From Chiloscyllium plagiosum (taxonomy: Eukaryota), in NCBI RefSeq assembly GCF_004010195.1, contig NC_057728.1, forward strand, positions 40,132,918 to 40,196,917: a stretch of DNA of 64,000 nt, written 5' to 3'. Positions within the stretch are counted from its first letter, which is position 1. Each line of letters starts with the position of its first letter. Below the pieces are notes generated by a model, which saw only the letters and a list, made by a program, of their open reading frames with translations, was not told where the DNA came from and did not search any database. Below, in pieces: positions 13,440 to 27,579 of this stretch. Made by a program: the position numbers and the translations under genes.

Positions 13440-14945
13440 TTAAGTCTCAGACTGGGGCACTGCCAGGAGGATGTAGCAGAGATTGACTCACTCCATGACC
13501 TCTTTATTTGAGAGATATGACATTAATTTTCAAATCCTGTCTGGTCATAGGAGGGGGCCAGAGGACAGGAGGACAGCTAATATGACACCATTATTCAAGA
13601 GGGATGGTAGGAATAAACCATGACTGCACGCCTGTGAGTCCAACATCTGCAATTGGGAAACTAAAGTACATCTGAGCAACAACACTTAGACAAACATGGA
13701 TTAATCAAGGAGAGTCAGCATGGCTTTGACTGGGGGACATCATATCTAACAAATTTGATAGAAATTTTCAAGGATCTGACTAGCTGTGTAAATGAGGGTA
13801 GTGGAGTTGATATAGTCCAAATGGATTTCAATAAGGTTTTTGACAAGGTCTCACATGGCAGATTGATTAAGAAGCTAAAAGCCCATCGGACTGAGGACAA
13901 TTTGGTGAATTGAATCCAAAGTTGGTTTATGGCAGGAAGCAAGAGGTGAAGGAGAGAGGATGTTTTTTGTGGCTGGAAGCTTGTGTCCCCATTGGCAGAC
14001 CAGAGGGTTTAATGCTGGATCTAGACATGAATGTAGGAGGAATGATTAGTAAATTCGCAGATGGCATGGATATTGGTGGTGTACATAGCTAGGAGGAAAG
14101 CCTTAGACAATAGGATGATATAGATAGGTTGGTCATATGGACTGAACATTGGCAAGTATAACTTAATCCTTAAAAGTGTGAGGGATGCATTTAGGTGGAC
14201 TAACAAGGCAAAGGAGTACACATAGAATGGCAGGACCTAGGAAGCAGAGGGGATCAGAGAGACCTCGATGTGCTTGTGTGTGGATCTTTGAGGATAGCAG
14301 GACAGGTAGATAGTTAAGAAGGCATATGGGATACTTGCCAGTTTGTTTAAGGTATTGAATACAAGAACAAGGAGATTATGATGTATCTGTATGTCATGTT
14401 AGTTGGGCTATAGCTGGAGTACTGTGTGCAATTCTGGTTACCATACTTTAGGAGGATGTGATTGCATTATAGAGCATGCAGAGGAAATTCACCAGGATGT
14501 TGCTTTGCGTGAACCAATTCAGCTCTGAAGAGAAACTAGATTGGCTGGATTTGTTTTCTTAGAGCAGATAAGGATAAGGGGGCCCTCATTGAGGCGTACA
14601 AAGTTATGATAGATATTGATAGGGAGAACCTTTTACCCTCATTAGAGGGATCAATAACCAGGGCACAGTTTTAAGCTTAAGAACGAGAAGTTTAGAAGGG
14701 ATGTGAGGAAAGATTTTTCACCCAGAAATTTACTGGTGTCTGGAACTCACTACCTAAAAGGGTGACAGAGGGAGGAGTCAATTAGTCATTGAAAAAGTAT
14801 TTAAGCAAGCATTTAAAATGCCATAGTATACAAGACTACAGAAAAAGGGCTAGAAAATGTGACAAGAATAGATAGATTCTTGATGACCAGTGCAGATTCG
14901 ATGGGCTAAAGGACTTGTTTCATGTTGCAAAAATTATATGACTCT
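13440..14945 (+). mobile_element. Older CR1 LINE (RT to 3' end), degraded
   Basis: SQHGF, MDF.K.FDKV.H, SKFAD and EYCVQFW motifs with frameshifts. Confidence 0.85.
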
Positions 14946-16703
14946 ATATACAAATTCCTTTTGTTTAGGTAAAATAGGGTCCTGTGTATTTATATATTTA
15001 GCTTTTAGGATACGCATGTGTTGGAATTCCTACGTCCCATGTGCTACAAAAACAATCTTCTTGGAAATCTCATGAAAAGCCATCTGCACACCATGTAGTT
15101 ATTTTCTAATCAACCTGTTTAGAGACGTTATTACACAGCTCTGCAGCAGGTGGGACTTGAACCCACTTGATGGTAAAATAGGGCATATCATAACTATCCT
15201 GCATAGTAATTTTTTTCCAGTTTTAGTTCCAAGGCATGAGTTCCTTACATGATCTGAATCAAACAGTGCTGGAGGAGGCATAAACAAAGTGGGAAGCCAA
15301 ATAGAATAGCAGGACTGCAGCACAATGTTTCATCAAAGAGAGAAGGTTCATAAAAGGCCTTCATAATCTCTGGTCCCACACAGTCAGGGGAATTAATTAT
15401 TAGCTCGCCTCATTCTCACTAAGAACATGTTAGTGGAGGGTAGCTGTGAGGGATGCTGGATGGGTCCTTTCACTCAAAGGACTGACAATTTGAGGAATGT
15501 TACACATTTCAGTGGAATGGAAGGAAAGATATAAATGATAATGGTAGTAAAAAGACATTGGCTAGAGATATTCTGAGGTAGGTTGGACTGAAGTAGATGA
15601 GGAGCAGTGGGTAGACACACTGTCACAAGGCACACAGGGATGAAGAACAAGGCACAGCAAAGTCTTTCATCATTGGGACAGCTGCTTTGATCTGTCAGAC
15701 TGTCAGTGGTACAGAAGGCTAGCCCTGTCCAGATTGTTGCCGCTGAATTCTAGGTTCACATTGAACATAATTTGGGGGCTTCATGGAGTGTCGCCCACAA
15801 CAAGCAAGTCTGTCTTGTGCAATATCATTCCCATTGTTATGTGAAATATAATGTAACATTATTTACATCAGAGACACCAAAGCAATCCCATGAAGTGACA
15901 TTTCTGATGCAGTAGCCTATGCTCATGAACACTCCAATAAGATGTTTCCCACATGGTTGAGAATGGGTTGGAGGCAGACTATTCATTAGTGCTTGTCTGG
16001 GACAGATATGCCTCTGGGTGCCATGGGTTGGGCACCTCAATAACTGCAACACCAGCATCATTGTGACTTCATAGAGGTTTGAACTGTCAGAAGAGTTATA
16101 AAGGTCAATGAGAATGATGGAAACCCCTGAGGGCTGACCTCTTTACTGCCATTTATCACCACCTGAACCCTTTGGTGGCATCCTTTAATACGGAGGGAAC
16201 CACAAGCTGGGAAGCAGGTGGCATCCTCTTCACACTTTTTCATGCCATTTGCGCCGCTGATTTTGTCAGTGCTGCAGACTTTGCATGTCTACAGCAGTGA
16301 TGCTACATATGGGATGTCCATGTGGTTGGCCATTCCATCAGTGCTCAAACCTATTCTGATAATGGTAAATATGGACTAGCAACATCCAACTTCCACCTTC
16401 TGGTTTCAATACCTGAGATCTTCATGGGTTAAATTGATTTTTAAAAAGGGTAACATAGGAGCAATTAAAACAAATGTGAAAACAAATCTCTATCCAGCAT
16501 GTGACCTGACGGTAGAATACATTAAAGTTAAGCAGTGAGTGAATCCTTGGAGAGCTTGTTATACAACATGGGATCTTAATATTTTGTGAAGTACAAGCTC
16601 GATGTAACACCAGTACAAGAGAGCTCATAAAGTTTTAAAATACTTTGCAGTATTATAATCTCCTGCCCTTGTTCTGAAAACGAATTGTCAGCCTGTCTGA
16701 ATA

Positions 16704-16717
16704 GCGCCATCTGCTGG
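16704..16717 (-). promoter_or_regulatory. Consensus CTCF-binding motif
   Basis: Minus strand reads CCAGCAGATGGCGC, matching the CTCF core consensus, in non-repetitive sequence. Confidence 0.6.
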
Positions 16718-18914
16718 TAGTATAGATGCACAATTCAAAGTTGAGGGCAGTGCAATGCAACATGGATCATACTAGCTGCATTTTGCAATCTGCAGGTGCC
16801 AACCTCAGAATGGTACTGCGACATAACCACATCCTAAATGTGAATTACTGTACAGACCTCAGCAGATTCTTTGATGACACTTGTTATGGCCAGGTCAGGA
16901 GGGGTGAATCAACTTCACTCTTTTTAACCCTTGGTGGGTACACCAAGAACTAAGGGTATTTACAGAATTTGCTGCTGCTGAGATACCTATCATCCATTAA
17001 AAAACATTTGAAGTTGAAATCCAACTTCAAGGACTCTACGGACTTTTAAAACTGCATATTCTCAACCTTCGTTTTGAACCAAATAGCCTCTATTTTAATA
17101 GCCTTTATAACTACCTTTGTAGGATGTGTGTTAGATGTCACCTTTTATTATTTCTCTTTGGGATTAGTAAATACTTCTTTTCTCCCAAAAAATCCTTGTA
17201 ATAGGCTTCTTAATTTTTGACGAGGACTATGTTTTAATTGACGAACAGTACAATTGCATGCAAAAAAGAAATAAAAGAAACAGAAAAATTAAGGGGAGAA
17301 AATATCTGGTAGCCTCAAACTATTCAACACATTTGAATATGGAATCCATATGCTGAGATAAAATTTGCAGGAATCTTTTAGAGGAGGACTGCCTCTTGGA
17401 CAACAACTGGATTTCTGCATTTAATTGCAGATATGCAGTCAGCACAAGTTGCTGTACAGCTTTTGACTGAATTGTAGCAAGCGCTGTTAATATTATCACT
17501 ACTTTATAAGAGCAAATATCCAGCAGTCCAATGTTGTTGACACACAGCAATTTAAAGCAAAACTGCAGGGAAACATTTTTGTTTAAATATTGAGGTGTTT
17601 TAGTTTAAATTTGAGATCCACTTTTCTTCTACACAATAACTTAAGTTACTAAAGCATTTTGTTGGTAATTAAATTTATGCCTGCATTATCTTCACAAATA
17701 GTTATAATCTTGAAATGTTATGATTCCTTTGTTTTCTTGCAAGTTTTTATTTTGTTGGCACTCATATGTACTAAAATATTTGTTTAATGTTTATCTAGCA
17801 GTGGACTAATAATATCAAAAGCAATACTGAAAGACTACAGTTATTGAGGACTGTAATTCAACTTGGTAAATGATGGGAAGTTTTTCTATGCAAATACACC
17901 TCCTGGTGGGCTAGTTAGGTATTGACATTGTTTATGCAGTTGCTCCAAAGCTGCCTCATTCAGCAATTGCACACAACACAATGGAATGGGCTAGATTAGA
18001 TAGCCAGGGAATTGGTGGGTTAGGTGTGGAGATAGCATTGGAATGGGAGTCAGATATTGAAAAGTGATAATAACATAAACAAAGGTTAACACAGAAATAT
18101 ATTTCATAGAGTAATTTAGAAGAAGGAATCGGATCCAACTTAAATATTGGTACAAACCAGGGGATAGCTTTGTTCCTGATATGTAAGAATGTTGCAGATG
18201 CATTTAGAAAGAACAGAAATGAACCTTAGGAGGGATTCTCCTGATCATTTGAGCCAGCTTTGCAAGACAAAAGATTTTCACTTTGACAATTTCTCTGATG
18301 TATCTGCAGACCTTGTATTAAAGTTACACAAGGTGACTGGGAAAACCATGTTGAAACTCACACCACGGAAGTGTTTTTAACATTTAGCTATTCAACCAGT
18401 TGAGTCTGCCAGCAGCTCAACCTTTTCCAAATGGGTCAAAGCCATTCTGAGTCACATGCCATCTTTGCTTGGAACTATGTCACTGTTCCTTCACTGTTCT
18501 TTGGCCAAAACTCTGGAAGTCTCACAGTAAAAGACTACACAGACTGCAATGATTCAAGAAGGCTGCTCACTACCAACTCCTCAAGTAGAGTTAGGAACAG
18601 ATAATAAATTTGGGCCTTGCTAATAAGAGTCACAGCCCACAAATTGATTATTATTGGATTAATAAATTGGAAATTGATGGAAGCAATTGATTCTAGTCTC
18701 TAGAGGCATATTCCTTTACCATTGTGCATGAGGATTGAAAATCACTTGATTGATAAGAAACCATGTGATCGATGTTTCTCCATATCTAGTGAAGATGCGT
18801 GATTCAGGTGCTTTTTCTAATTCTTCTCTGCTGTTCACAAAAAAACTTGTTTTTGCTTCTTTTAACATGCAATATCACATTTCAGTTAAAGCAGTCATTG
18901 ACCAGATCAGAAGA

Positions 18915-20010
18915 CTATAAGAAATAGGAGCAGAATTAGATCATTCAGCCTATCAGGTCCACTCTGCCATTTCATCATGGCTAACATGTTTCTCAACCTT
19001 CTCTTGGTAACCCTTGATCCCCGACTAATCAATAACCTACTATCTCTGTTTCAAATACACATAATCACTTGGTCTCTGCAGTCTTCTGCGGCAATGAGTT
19101 CTACAAATTAGCAACCCTCTGGCTGAAAAACTTCCTCCTCATCTCAGTTCTAAAGGATTCTCCATTCACTGTGAGGGTGTACTCTTGAGTCCTCGTTTCT
19201 GCTACTAGTGGAAACATCTTCTCCCATACCCACTCTATCCAGGCCTCTCAGTAATCTGTAAGTTTCAACCAAATTCCCCCTCATCCTTCTAAACACTATT
19301 GAGTCCAGACCTAGAGTCCTCAACTGCTCCTTATATGACAAGCCCTTCATCCCTGGGACCCCCTCCTGCCAGCACATCCTTACTTGGATACCGGGCCCAA
19401 ACTGCTCACGATATTCCAAACGGGGTCTGGTCAGCGTCTTATACAGCTGCAGCAGTACATTTCTGCTTGTGTATTCTAGCTCTCTTGAAATGAATGCTAA
19501 CATTGCATTTGTCTTTCCAACTGTCAGCTGAATCTGCACGTTAGCCTTAAGAGAACCCTGAACTACGACTCTCAAATCCCTTTGTGCTTCAGATTTTCTT
19601 ATTTACAAAAGAACCTCTATTCACCTCTATTTTTTTTACCGGAGTGGATAGTTTCACACTTTCTCACATTTCTTTGCCTACTTTTCCAGCCAATCCAGGT
19701 ATTTCTGCAGCTTTTCCACTTCCTCAACACTATTTCCCACCCCACCTATTTTTGTGTCATCTGCAAATTTAGCAACATTGCCCTCAGTTCCTTAATCCAG
19801 ATTGTTAATGAATAACGTGAGTAATTGTGGTCCTAACACCGACCTCTGTGGAATTCCATTTGTCACCAGCTGCCTATACTGACCAAGACCCCTTTATCCC
19901 CACTCTCTGACTTCTGCCTGTCAGCCAATCATCTATCCATGTCAGTACCTTGCCCTCTAACACCATGAGCACTTGTCTTATTTAACAGCCTCCTATGCAG
20001 CACCTTGTCA
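18915..20010 (-). mobile_element. CR1 LINE 3' fragment
   Basis: ORF 19150..19575 (LYKTLTRPRLEY..RMRGNLVETY); KFADDTK-like motif near 19760. Confidence 0.85.
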
Positions 20011-20483
20011 AAATGAAGAAGCCACTTGCAAGATTTAATTGAAAGGAAGAAAAGAATTTTGTTTTCTAAGAACTTCAAGAAAAAAAAACAACATTAAACA
20101 CACACACAAACAAAAACAGATAATTGGTCTGAGCGAGGAAGAATTAAGGCTGCACAGTTTAAAAGTCCTTACAGTCCTTGAATGAGATGATAGATTTTTA
20201 ACCTGGGACTGCAGCCATTTAATCATTGATGTGAATCCTCAGCAGTAATGGAACCCTTTGACTTTCTGGTAAATAGTTGTTTTTCCAGTTTGTTTTGACA
20301 CCAGATACTGTCTTCCAAAACAATGGGGAAAGGGAGAGAGGGTTTTCCAGGCTCCGTTGTTGGAATTCCTTCTGTCTGTTATGCTGCTCAAAAGCAGCTG
20401 CAGAAAATATATTCTCAGACTGGCTCCATTGTCATTCCAAGCCTACGAAACGTCTCAGGAATAACAATCAGGTGATGAAAATT

Positions 20484-21312
20484 ATAGAGTCATAGAGTTG
20501 TACAGCACAGAATCAACTCATCCATGTTGACCAGATATCCTAAATTAATCTAGTTCCATTTACTAGCATTTAGCCCCTGTACCTCTAAACCCTTTCTATT
20601 CCTGTACCCACCCAGATGTCTTTTAAATGTTGTACCAGCCTCCACCGCTTCCTCTGGCAGTTTATTCCATACATGCATCACACTCTGCATGAAAAAGTTG
20701 CCCCTTAGGTCCCTTTTATATCTTTTCCTTCTCAAGTTATGAGAACCTATGACCTTTGGTTTTGGAATCCTCTATCTTGTGGGAAAAAAAACCTTGGCTC
20801 TCCATGCACCTCATCATTTTGTAAACCTCTGTAAGGTCACTTCTCAACCTCCAATGCTCCAGGCAAAACAGCACCAGTCTACTAAGCCTCTCCCTATAGC
20901 TCAAACCCTCCAACTCTTGCAACATCCTTGTAAATATTTTCTGCACCCTTTCAAGATTAATAGCATCTTTCCTGTAGCAGGGAGACCAGAACTGAACACA
21001 ATGTACCAAAAGTGACCCAGCCAATGTCCTGCAACATGACATGCCAATTCCTTTTCTCAATGCATTGACCAATAAAAGCAAATATACTGAACACCTTCTT
21101 CACTAATCTGTCTAGTTGTGAGCCCATCTTAAATGAACTATGAACCTGCACCCCAAGGTCTCTTTGTTTGGCCTTGATTTTTTTGGTAAGGCAAATCAAG
21201 TCCTGCCCTGATTTGCCTGACCAAAATGCAACAGCTCACATTTATCTAAATTAAACTCCATCTGCCACTCCTGGCCCATAGGCCCATCTGATCAAGGTCC
21301 CATTGTACTCTG
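20484..21312 (-). mobile_element. CR1/HER1 LINE 3' fragment
   Basis: ORFs 20550..20735, 20737..21081 and 20957..21199 are frameshifted pieces of the same ORF2 C-terminus as 7583..8290. Confidence 0.9.
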
Positions 21313-21419
21313 TTGAAAATTGATAGCCCATATTCATCACCACCACTCACATACCTAGGTTATGTAGATTTCTCAGAGACCTTTGTTTTTTTGTAGGACA
21401 AAAATCTGATGAATAAAAT

Positions 21420-21990
21420 ATAGAATTTGTTTCCTTTGATCTAACTATCCATGAACCTTTTAAAACCTTTAAACTATGGCCTCACTTTATCAGTTGTGAA
21501 TGTCTTCATTAATGCCTTTGTTATCTCTTAATTTGATTATTACATACATTCTTGGCTGGTCTCTCACATTCTGTGCACGATAAACTTGAGGTCATCGAAA
21601 ACTCTGTTGCCCATAGTCCTGACTTGCACCAAGTGACATTCACCTATCACCCCTCTGCTCACTGACCTTCATCCATTGACCTACAGTGGGTCTTGGTTGA
21701 GTAAAGTCTTGTTCTTAAAATTTATTCATGGCCTGGCTCTCTCCCTATGTCTAATCTACTCCATTTCCACAACCACCCCCCCAAAACCCAAGACATTTGC
21801 TTTCCTCTAATTCTGGCCTCTTGTACATTGCTAATTTTAATCAGTCCATCTTTGGTGCCTACACCTTCAATTACTTTGGCCCTCAGCTCTGGAATTTTTT
21901 CTCTATGTCTCTCTGCCTTGCTTCCTACCTTAAAACATTTTTTAAAATCTATCACTCTGACCATGCTCTGTTAAGTGTGACTTAACGTTA
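21420..21990 (+). mobile_element. L2-like LINE 3' remnant
   Basis: Decayed ENSVA..LT.T...ITPLLTDLH pattern at 21595-21672. Confidence 0.55.
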
Positions 21991-22064
21991 AACTTTGTAA
22001 TGCTTGTGAGAGGTTTCATGAGGAATTTTATTAGTTAAAGCTACCATATAATATAAATTTTTGG

Positions 22065-22111
<47 letters not shown>

Positions 22112-22397
22112 GTATTCTAGCTTTTATCATTGTTTTCATCATGTAATGGGGCTTTTTTTTGTTTAATGTTCCTAAGCAGTTTATATTTATTCCAAACAGC
22201 ATGAATATGAACACTTAGACTTTGTTATTGAGCATTGCTCTGAATGAATATATATATATATGTATTCTAGCTTTTATCATTGTTTTCATCATGTAATGGG
22301 GCTTGTTTTTGTTTAATGTTCCTAAGCAGTTTATATTTATTCCAAACAGCATGAATATGAACACTTAGACTTTGTTATTGAGCATTGCTCTGAATGT
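22065..22397. repeat. (TA)n microsatellite plus a 150-bp tandem duplication
   Basis: TGTATTCTAG at 22111 and 22261; the two 150-bp copies differ at about one position. Confidence 0.9.
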
Positions 22398-22439
22398 GTA
22401 AAACATTTTCTGAAGATCATAAAGTGATCTCTTCTCTCC

Positions 22440-24720
22440 TAATTAGGATGGCTGACAGCTATCACCTTTGGGAGCCTGAGGGACTCTGGTAGAACAGTGT
22501 AGGTGGCTACTCTATGGTCAATGTCATAAATGCAGATAGAATTTGGAGTGTGTTAAGGATTTTTTTAGAGCAGTCTGTTGAACTGCTAACTAGAGTACAT
22601 GCTATTTTAGATCTAATGTTATGTAATGATAAAGGGCTAATTAACAATTTTTAGGGATGAGTGACCACAGTAGAATTTTACGTGTTTGGAAGTGAGATAG
22701 TTCACTCAGAAGCAAGGCTGTTAAATTTGCATAAGGGAAAGAATGAACACATGAGGCTGAGGTGGATTAGGAAAATACATTTAAAGGCATGCTTGTACAT
22801 AGGGATGAATAGAGTTTGAATAACTGTTACATGGCTTACAGCAACTATACATTCCTTCAAGGTGCAAGAGCTCAAAAAAGATGTAAAAGGGACCTAAGGG
22901 GCAAATTTTTCATGCAGAGGTGTGTGTATGGAATGAGCTACCAGAGGAAGTGGTGGAGGCTGGTACAATTACAACATTTAAAAGGCATGTGGATAGGTAC
23001 ATGAATAAAAAGAGTTTAGAGGGATATGGGCAAAGTGTTGGCAAATGGGACTAGATTCTTTTAGGATATCTAGTCGGCATGGACGAGTTGGACCGAAGGC
23101 TCTGTTCCCATGCTGTACATCTCTATGACTCTGTGAACTATGGTTAACAAAGAATGTGAGTCATTATTTTTTATTCATTCATGGAATGAGGGGATTGCTG
23201 GCTTGGCCAGCATTTATTGCCCATCCCAGAGGAGAGTCAACCACATTGCTGTGGGTCTGGAGTCACATGTAGTCCAGATTAGGTAAGGAGGGCAGTTTCC
23301 TTTCCTAAAGGACATTAGTGCACCTGATAGGTTTCTACCCAACAATTGACAATGGTTTCATGGTCATCATTAGCCTCTTAATGTCAGATTTTTGTTGAGT
23401 TCAAATTCTAACATTTGCCAAGGCAAGATTCAAACCTGAATCACTGGAAGATTACCTGGGTCTTTGAATTAATAGGCGAGTGATAGTAGCACTAGGCCAT
23501 CAGCTCCCCTGTAATTATTTACAAAGCAATAATTCTGAGAAGTATGAAGTTTTTTAGAATACAGCAAAGGAGCATCAAGGAACTGATGAGGAATGGGAGA
23601 ATAGAATATGAATGCAATCTGGCAAGAAGACATAAAATTGGACTGTAAAATCTTTGATAGGTAAGCAAAAAGATGATGAAAGGGAGAAATTAATGGGACT
23701 ACAAACTGATGAATCTCCAGGACCTGATTGTTTACATCAGACTGTTGAAGCAAATGGCTGTGGAGATAGTTGAAGACTTGGTGACTATCTTCCAAAATTC
23801 TATAGATTCTGTAATGATTCCTGTGAATTGGAAGGTAGAAAATATCACCCTTCTACTTAAGAAGGGAGTGAGATAGAAATCCTGGAACTACAGACCTGTT
23901 AGCCTTACATTAGTTGTAGGGAACATGCTGTAATCTACTACTAAGGATCTGATAAAACACACTTGCTTGACAATGATTTGAGATAATGATCTGATTGGGC
24001 ATAGTAAGTGTGGATTTCTGAAGAAAGATTGTATTTGATGAGCTTATTGGAGTTTCTTGAAATGTTGTGAACAAGATTGATAAAGGAGAGCCTTTGGATA
24101 TTGTACAATTATTTTTCAGAAGTCCTTTGATAAAGTACCACATGGGAGGCTGGTTAGAAAAATTAAAGCTCAAGGGATAAGAGGGAACGTACTAGCATGA
24201 AAATAGAGGGTCGTAATAAATGGGTTATTTTCATGTTATTGCCAACTGAAAATGTCCAATTGGCATCTGCACTGTGCCATTTATGGTCCTTTTAAGGGCA
24301 TTATTCACCTTCTGATAAGCCAGCAGCTCTCAGGGACTTTAGGGTTAATGCTGGGATTAGTCCCTGTTCCCAAGCTGATCACAATATATATCAATGATTT
24401 AAAGGTGGGGAAGGGGTCCTCTTGTGGCACATTGGTAGTGTCTCTGCCCCTAGGCTGGAAGGTCTGGGTTAAAGTCCCACCTGCTCCTTAGGCATGTGGT
24501 AACATCACTGAACAGGCTGATTAGAAAAATGGTTTAAATAAAAATATATAGAGAGGGGAAGAAATGTAATATTTCCAAACCTGCAGATGATACTATGCTA
24601 ATTGAAAATGTGTTTTGTAAGGAAAATATAAACCAGCTTTAAAATGATTTGCACAAGATAAATAAATGGGCAAGAATTAGCAGATAGAATATGATGGGGA
24701 ATTATTGGTACGGGGAACAG
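22440..24720 (+). mobile_element. Old CR1 LINE with a nested young CR1 3' end (~22878-23133) and SINEs
   Basis: GNYRPVSLTLVVG, FDKVPH.RL and ADDT motifs; nested KRDLRGKFF piece with a CTATGACTC tail. Confidence 0.75.
23168..23508 (-). mobile_element. Second tRNA-derived SINE family (also ~29165-29520 -, ~51500-51862 -, ~56160-56490 +)
   Basis: Shared GAGTCAACCACATTGCTGTGGGTCTGGAGTCACATGTAG core and GGCCAGCATTTATTGCCCA tail in several copies. Confidence 0.75.
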
Positions 24721-26493
24721 ATATACAGAGCTTTCATAGTATTTTCCCTGGCTGAGGCAGTTAGATGGCTCTAATTGTGCTTCAACAGTAGCAGTCTGAC
24801 AACTTTAAATCAATTTGTTTTTAGCTGTTCAAAAACAATTAGAAGTTTCCTTCATATTGAGGGCCCTACCTTTCTCTTACCTGGCATTTCCTGTATTTGT
24901 CAGTGGGGCTGTCAATCACATTGCTGAGGGCTTCTTGCAGGATCTCTAGCTTCATGATCCTACTTGCTGTCCTTAGTTCTCTTGTTAATTAGTCATCTGT
25001 TAAAAGGAGAAGCAGGAAAGTGCCTTGTGTCATTAAGATCTAGTCTATTGAACTGTCTGGTTTGTATTGTCTCCTTGAAAGGTTTTGTTTTTCTTGAGGC
25101 AAGAATGCTGAACTTTAAAATATAATTGCTGCTCATTATCAATTGTAGAACTGGTTTGAACATGCACGAGGCAACTCTCTGTGTAAGCATGACCTCATAT
25201 TGAATGACTAAAGTATGTAAAGATCAATTATCAGAAATAAATGATCACGTAGGGGCAATCAATGGGAAGCCTCAGACTGTAGAATAATTATTACGGTCAT
25301 TATCTTTCAGATACTGAAGCTGAAAATAGATAGTAGCCAGGATTTTAGGTGAGAATTAATCTCCAGACTATTATATAGGTTTTGATGTGAATGACAGTTT
25401 AGGTCCTCAAGGGTTTTCATCAATGTTGCTTCCCAGCACCGCTCCTTCCTCACTCCTACCTCAAGCGGAAACCAAGTAGTGCATGTTCTGACTCGTGAAT
25501 CCATTGCAATGAGGCCCTGTCTCAGACACTGTTGCAGGACCAAAAATAAAGTCCACGAATGCAATGGGATTCCTGGCCGTACTCACGTAGGTCAATAAAT
25601 TACATCCAAGGGTTCTTAGCTCCTTTCTTTAAACAAATTGCCTGTTCATATCTGAAACAATGCCAAGTGTCTTTAACTTTCAAACACTGGAGTGGAAAAT
25701 GGATTTTCTGCAGTTCTGTTTGCAGATATTTCCATAATCCAGCTGTCCAGAGTTCTTGTTACGCACCTCTGGAGCAGACAGCATTTGAACCCAGGCTTCA
25801 CAAGAGAACCCCCCTCCACTCCCACTCCAGTTTTGTTTGCCTGCAGGGGTTTTCATTACAATGAAACTGCAGGGGGCACCATTATAAAAGAAGAGGATAT
25901 TCATGAAGGCTAGAAAATATTTCCTGTTGGTGTGTGTCAGTCTCAGTTACTGATAAAGCTATGCAGCAACATTGTGTGTAATAAAATACTTGCTAAATGC
26001 CTGTATCACTGCAGCCTATTCTCAAACTGGGCAATTAAATTGAACCAGATAGCAACAATAGTTTTTTTTTTGGAAATTGATGCAAGCATTAACCAAAAAC
26101 ATCATCGTGTCCAGAATAGCCGGCAGGAAACAGCACTGACACACTGCAGCAATACCAGCAGCTTGTCACTTGTTGCAAGTGCAGAATAAGCCACAAAACA
26201 CAAACTTAGACTCCAGCTACAACTATTGCAATTGTAACAGATGAGTTACTAATTAAACCTGCTCTAAGTAGGCAAATAATTCTGCAATAATAATTATAAT
26301 GCAAAATACTGCAGCTGCTTCTTATCACAAATATAAAATTTAGAAAAGTACAGAGAAACTCAGCGGGTCTGGCAGAATCAGTGAAGAGGAAAATTAGAGT
26401 TAATGTTTTAAACCCAATCGTAAGATGGAAAATAGGTACTGTAAAGAGAATAAGGTGGGGAGAGCCTGTGGAACAGAGAGAAGATCTGGGAAG

Positions 26494-26792
26494 GATTAGA
26501 TTCCCTACAGCGTGGAAACAGGCTCTTCAGCCCAACCAGTCCACACCAACCCTCCGAAGAGTAACCCACCCAGAACCATTTCCCTTTGACTAATGCACCT
26601 AACACTGTAGGCAATTTTGCATGGCTAATTCACTTGACCTGCACAACTTTGGACTGTGGGAGGAAACCGGAGCACCTGGAGGAACGCACGCAGACACAGG
26701 GAGAATGTGCAAACTCCACACAGACAGTCACCCGAGGCTGGAATTGAACCTGGGACCCTGGTGCTGTGAGACAGCAGTGCTAACCACTGAGC
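26494..26792 (-). mobile_element. HE1-type SINE
   Basis: Reverse complement of the HE1 consensus, inserted within a PLE-derived element with inverted arms (~26300-27135). Confidence 0.9.
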
Positions 26793-27139
26793 AAGATTCC
26801 AGGTCACAGCTGTTACAGAAATAAAGGCAAAAGTAGTGGTAAGAATGGTAGAAAAGAAAGATAGGCCTAGAGTTGGTGTTAATTGTCACATATCAACCAA
26901 TCCTGCTGAAAGCAAAACCAAGCAAGCAATACACTAGGGAAGGAGGGCTAAGGAGTGATGAGGGAAAGCAGGAGAAACAAAGTGGAACAAAGAGTTAACA
27001 TTTTGAGTCCAGTGACCGTTCTTTCATCACTTGCCATCACCATCGGCCATTGCTTTTCCACCTCTCTATTGGATTCAAAGCATTAACTCTGTTTTTCTCT
27101 CCATAGATACTACCAGACTTGCTGAGTTTCTCCAGCTGA

Positions 27140-27575
27140 TATTGGAGGTGGTCCACAAGAATAATCTCGGCAATGAAGGGCTTGTCATATAAGGAGTGGT
27201 TGACTACTCTGGGTCTGTACTCAATAGAATTTAGAAGGATGGGGGGATCTGATCGAAACTTACAGAATGCTGACGTCCCTAGATGGAGTGGACATGGAGG
27301 CAATATGTCCTCCAGTAGGAGATATTAGGACTTGAGGGTACAACCTCAGAGTGAAGGGACATCTGATTACTAATTCTTCAGCCAGAGGATGGTTAATCTG
27401 TGGAACTCATTGCTGTAGAGGGCTGTGGAGTGCATGTAAGACAGAGATAGTTAGGTTCTTAACTGATAGGGGGATCGAAGGTTACAGGGAAAAGGCAGGA
27501 GAACAGGGCTGTGAAACATATTAGCCATGATCACTGGGCTAAATAGTCTAATTCTGCTCCTATGTCTTATGGTGT
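27140..27575 (+). mobile_element. CR1 LINE 3' fragment
   Basis: Same family as 18915-19400, in the opposite orientation. Confidence 0.75.
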
Positions 27576-27579
27576 TCTG

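Noticed and set aside
15700..16300. Third Harbinger transposase remnant on the minus strand (RVQVVING, HLIGVF)
   Set aside because: The resemblance is too weak to call without an HMM search.
17799..17865. Possible IL-22/IL-26 exon 4 (QWTNNIKSNTERLQLLRTVIQL)
   Set aside because: It ends in the wrong phase at the best donor, and no matching neighbouring exons or KAxxELD exon were found.
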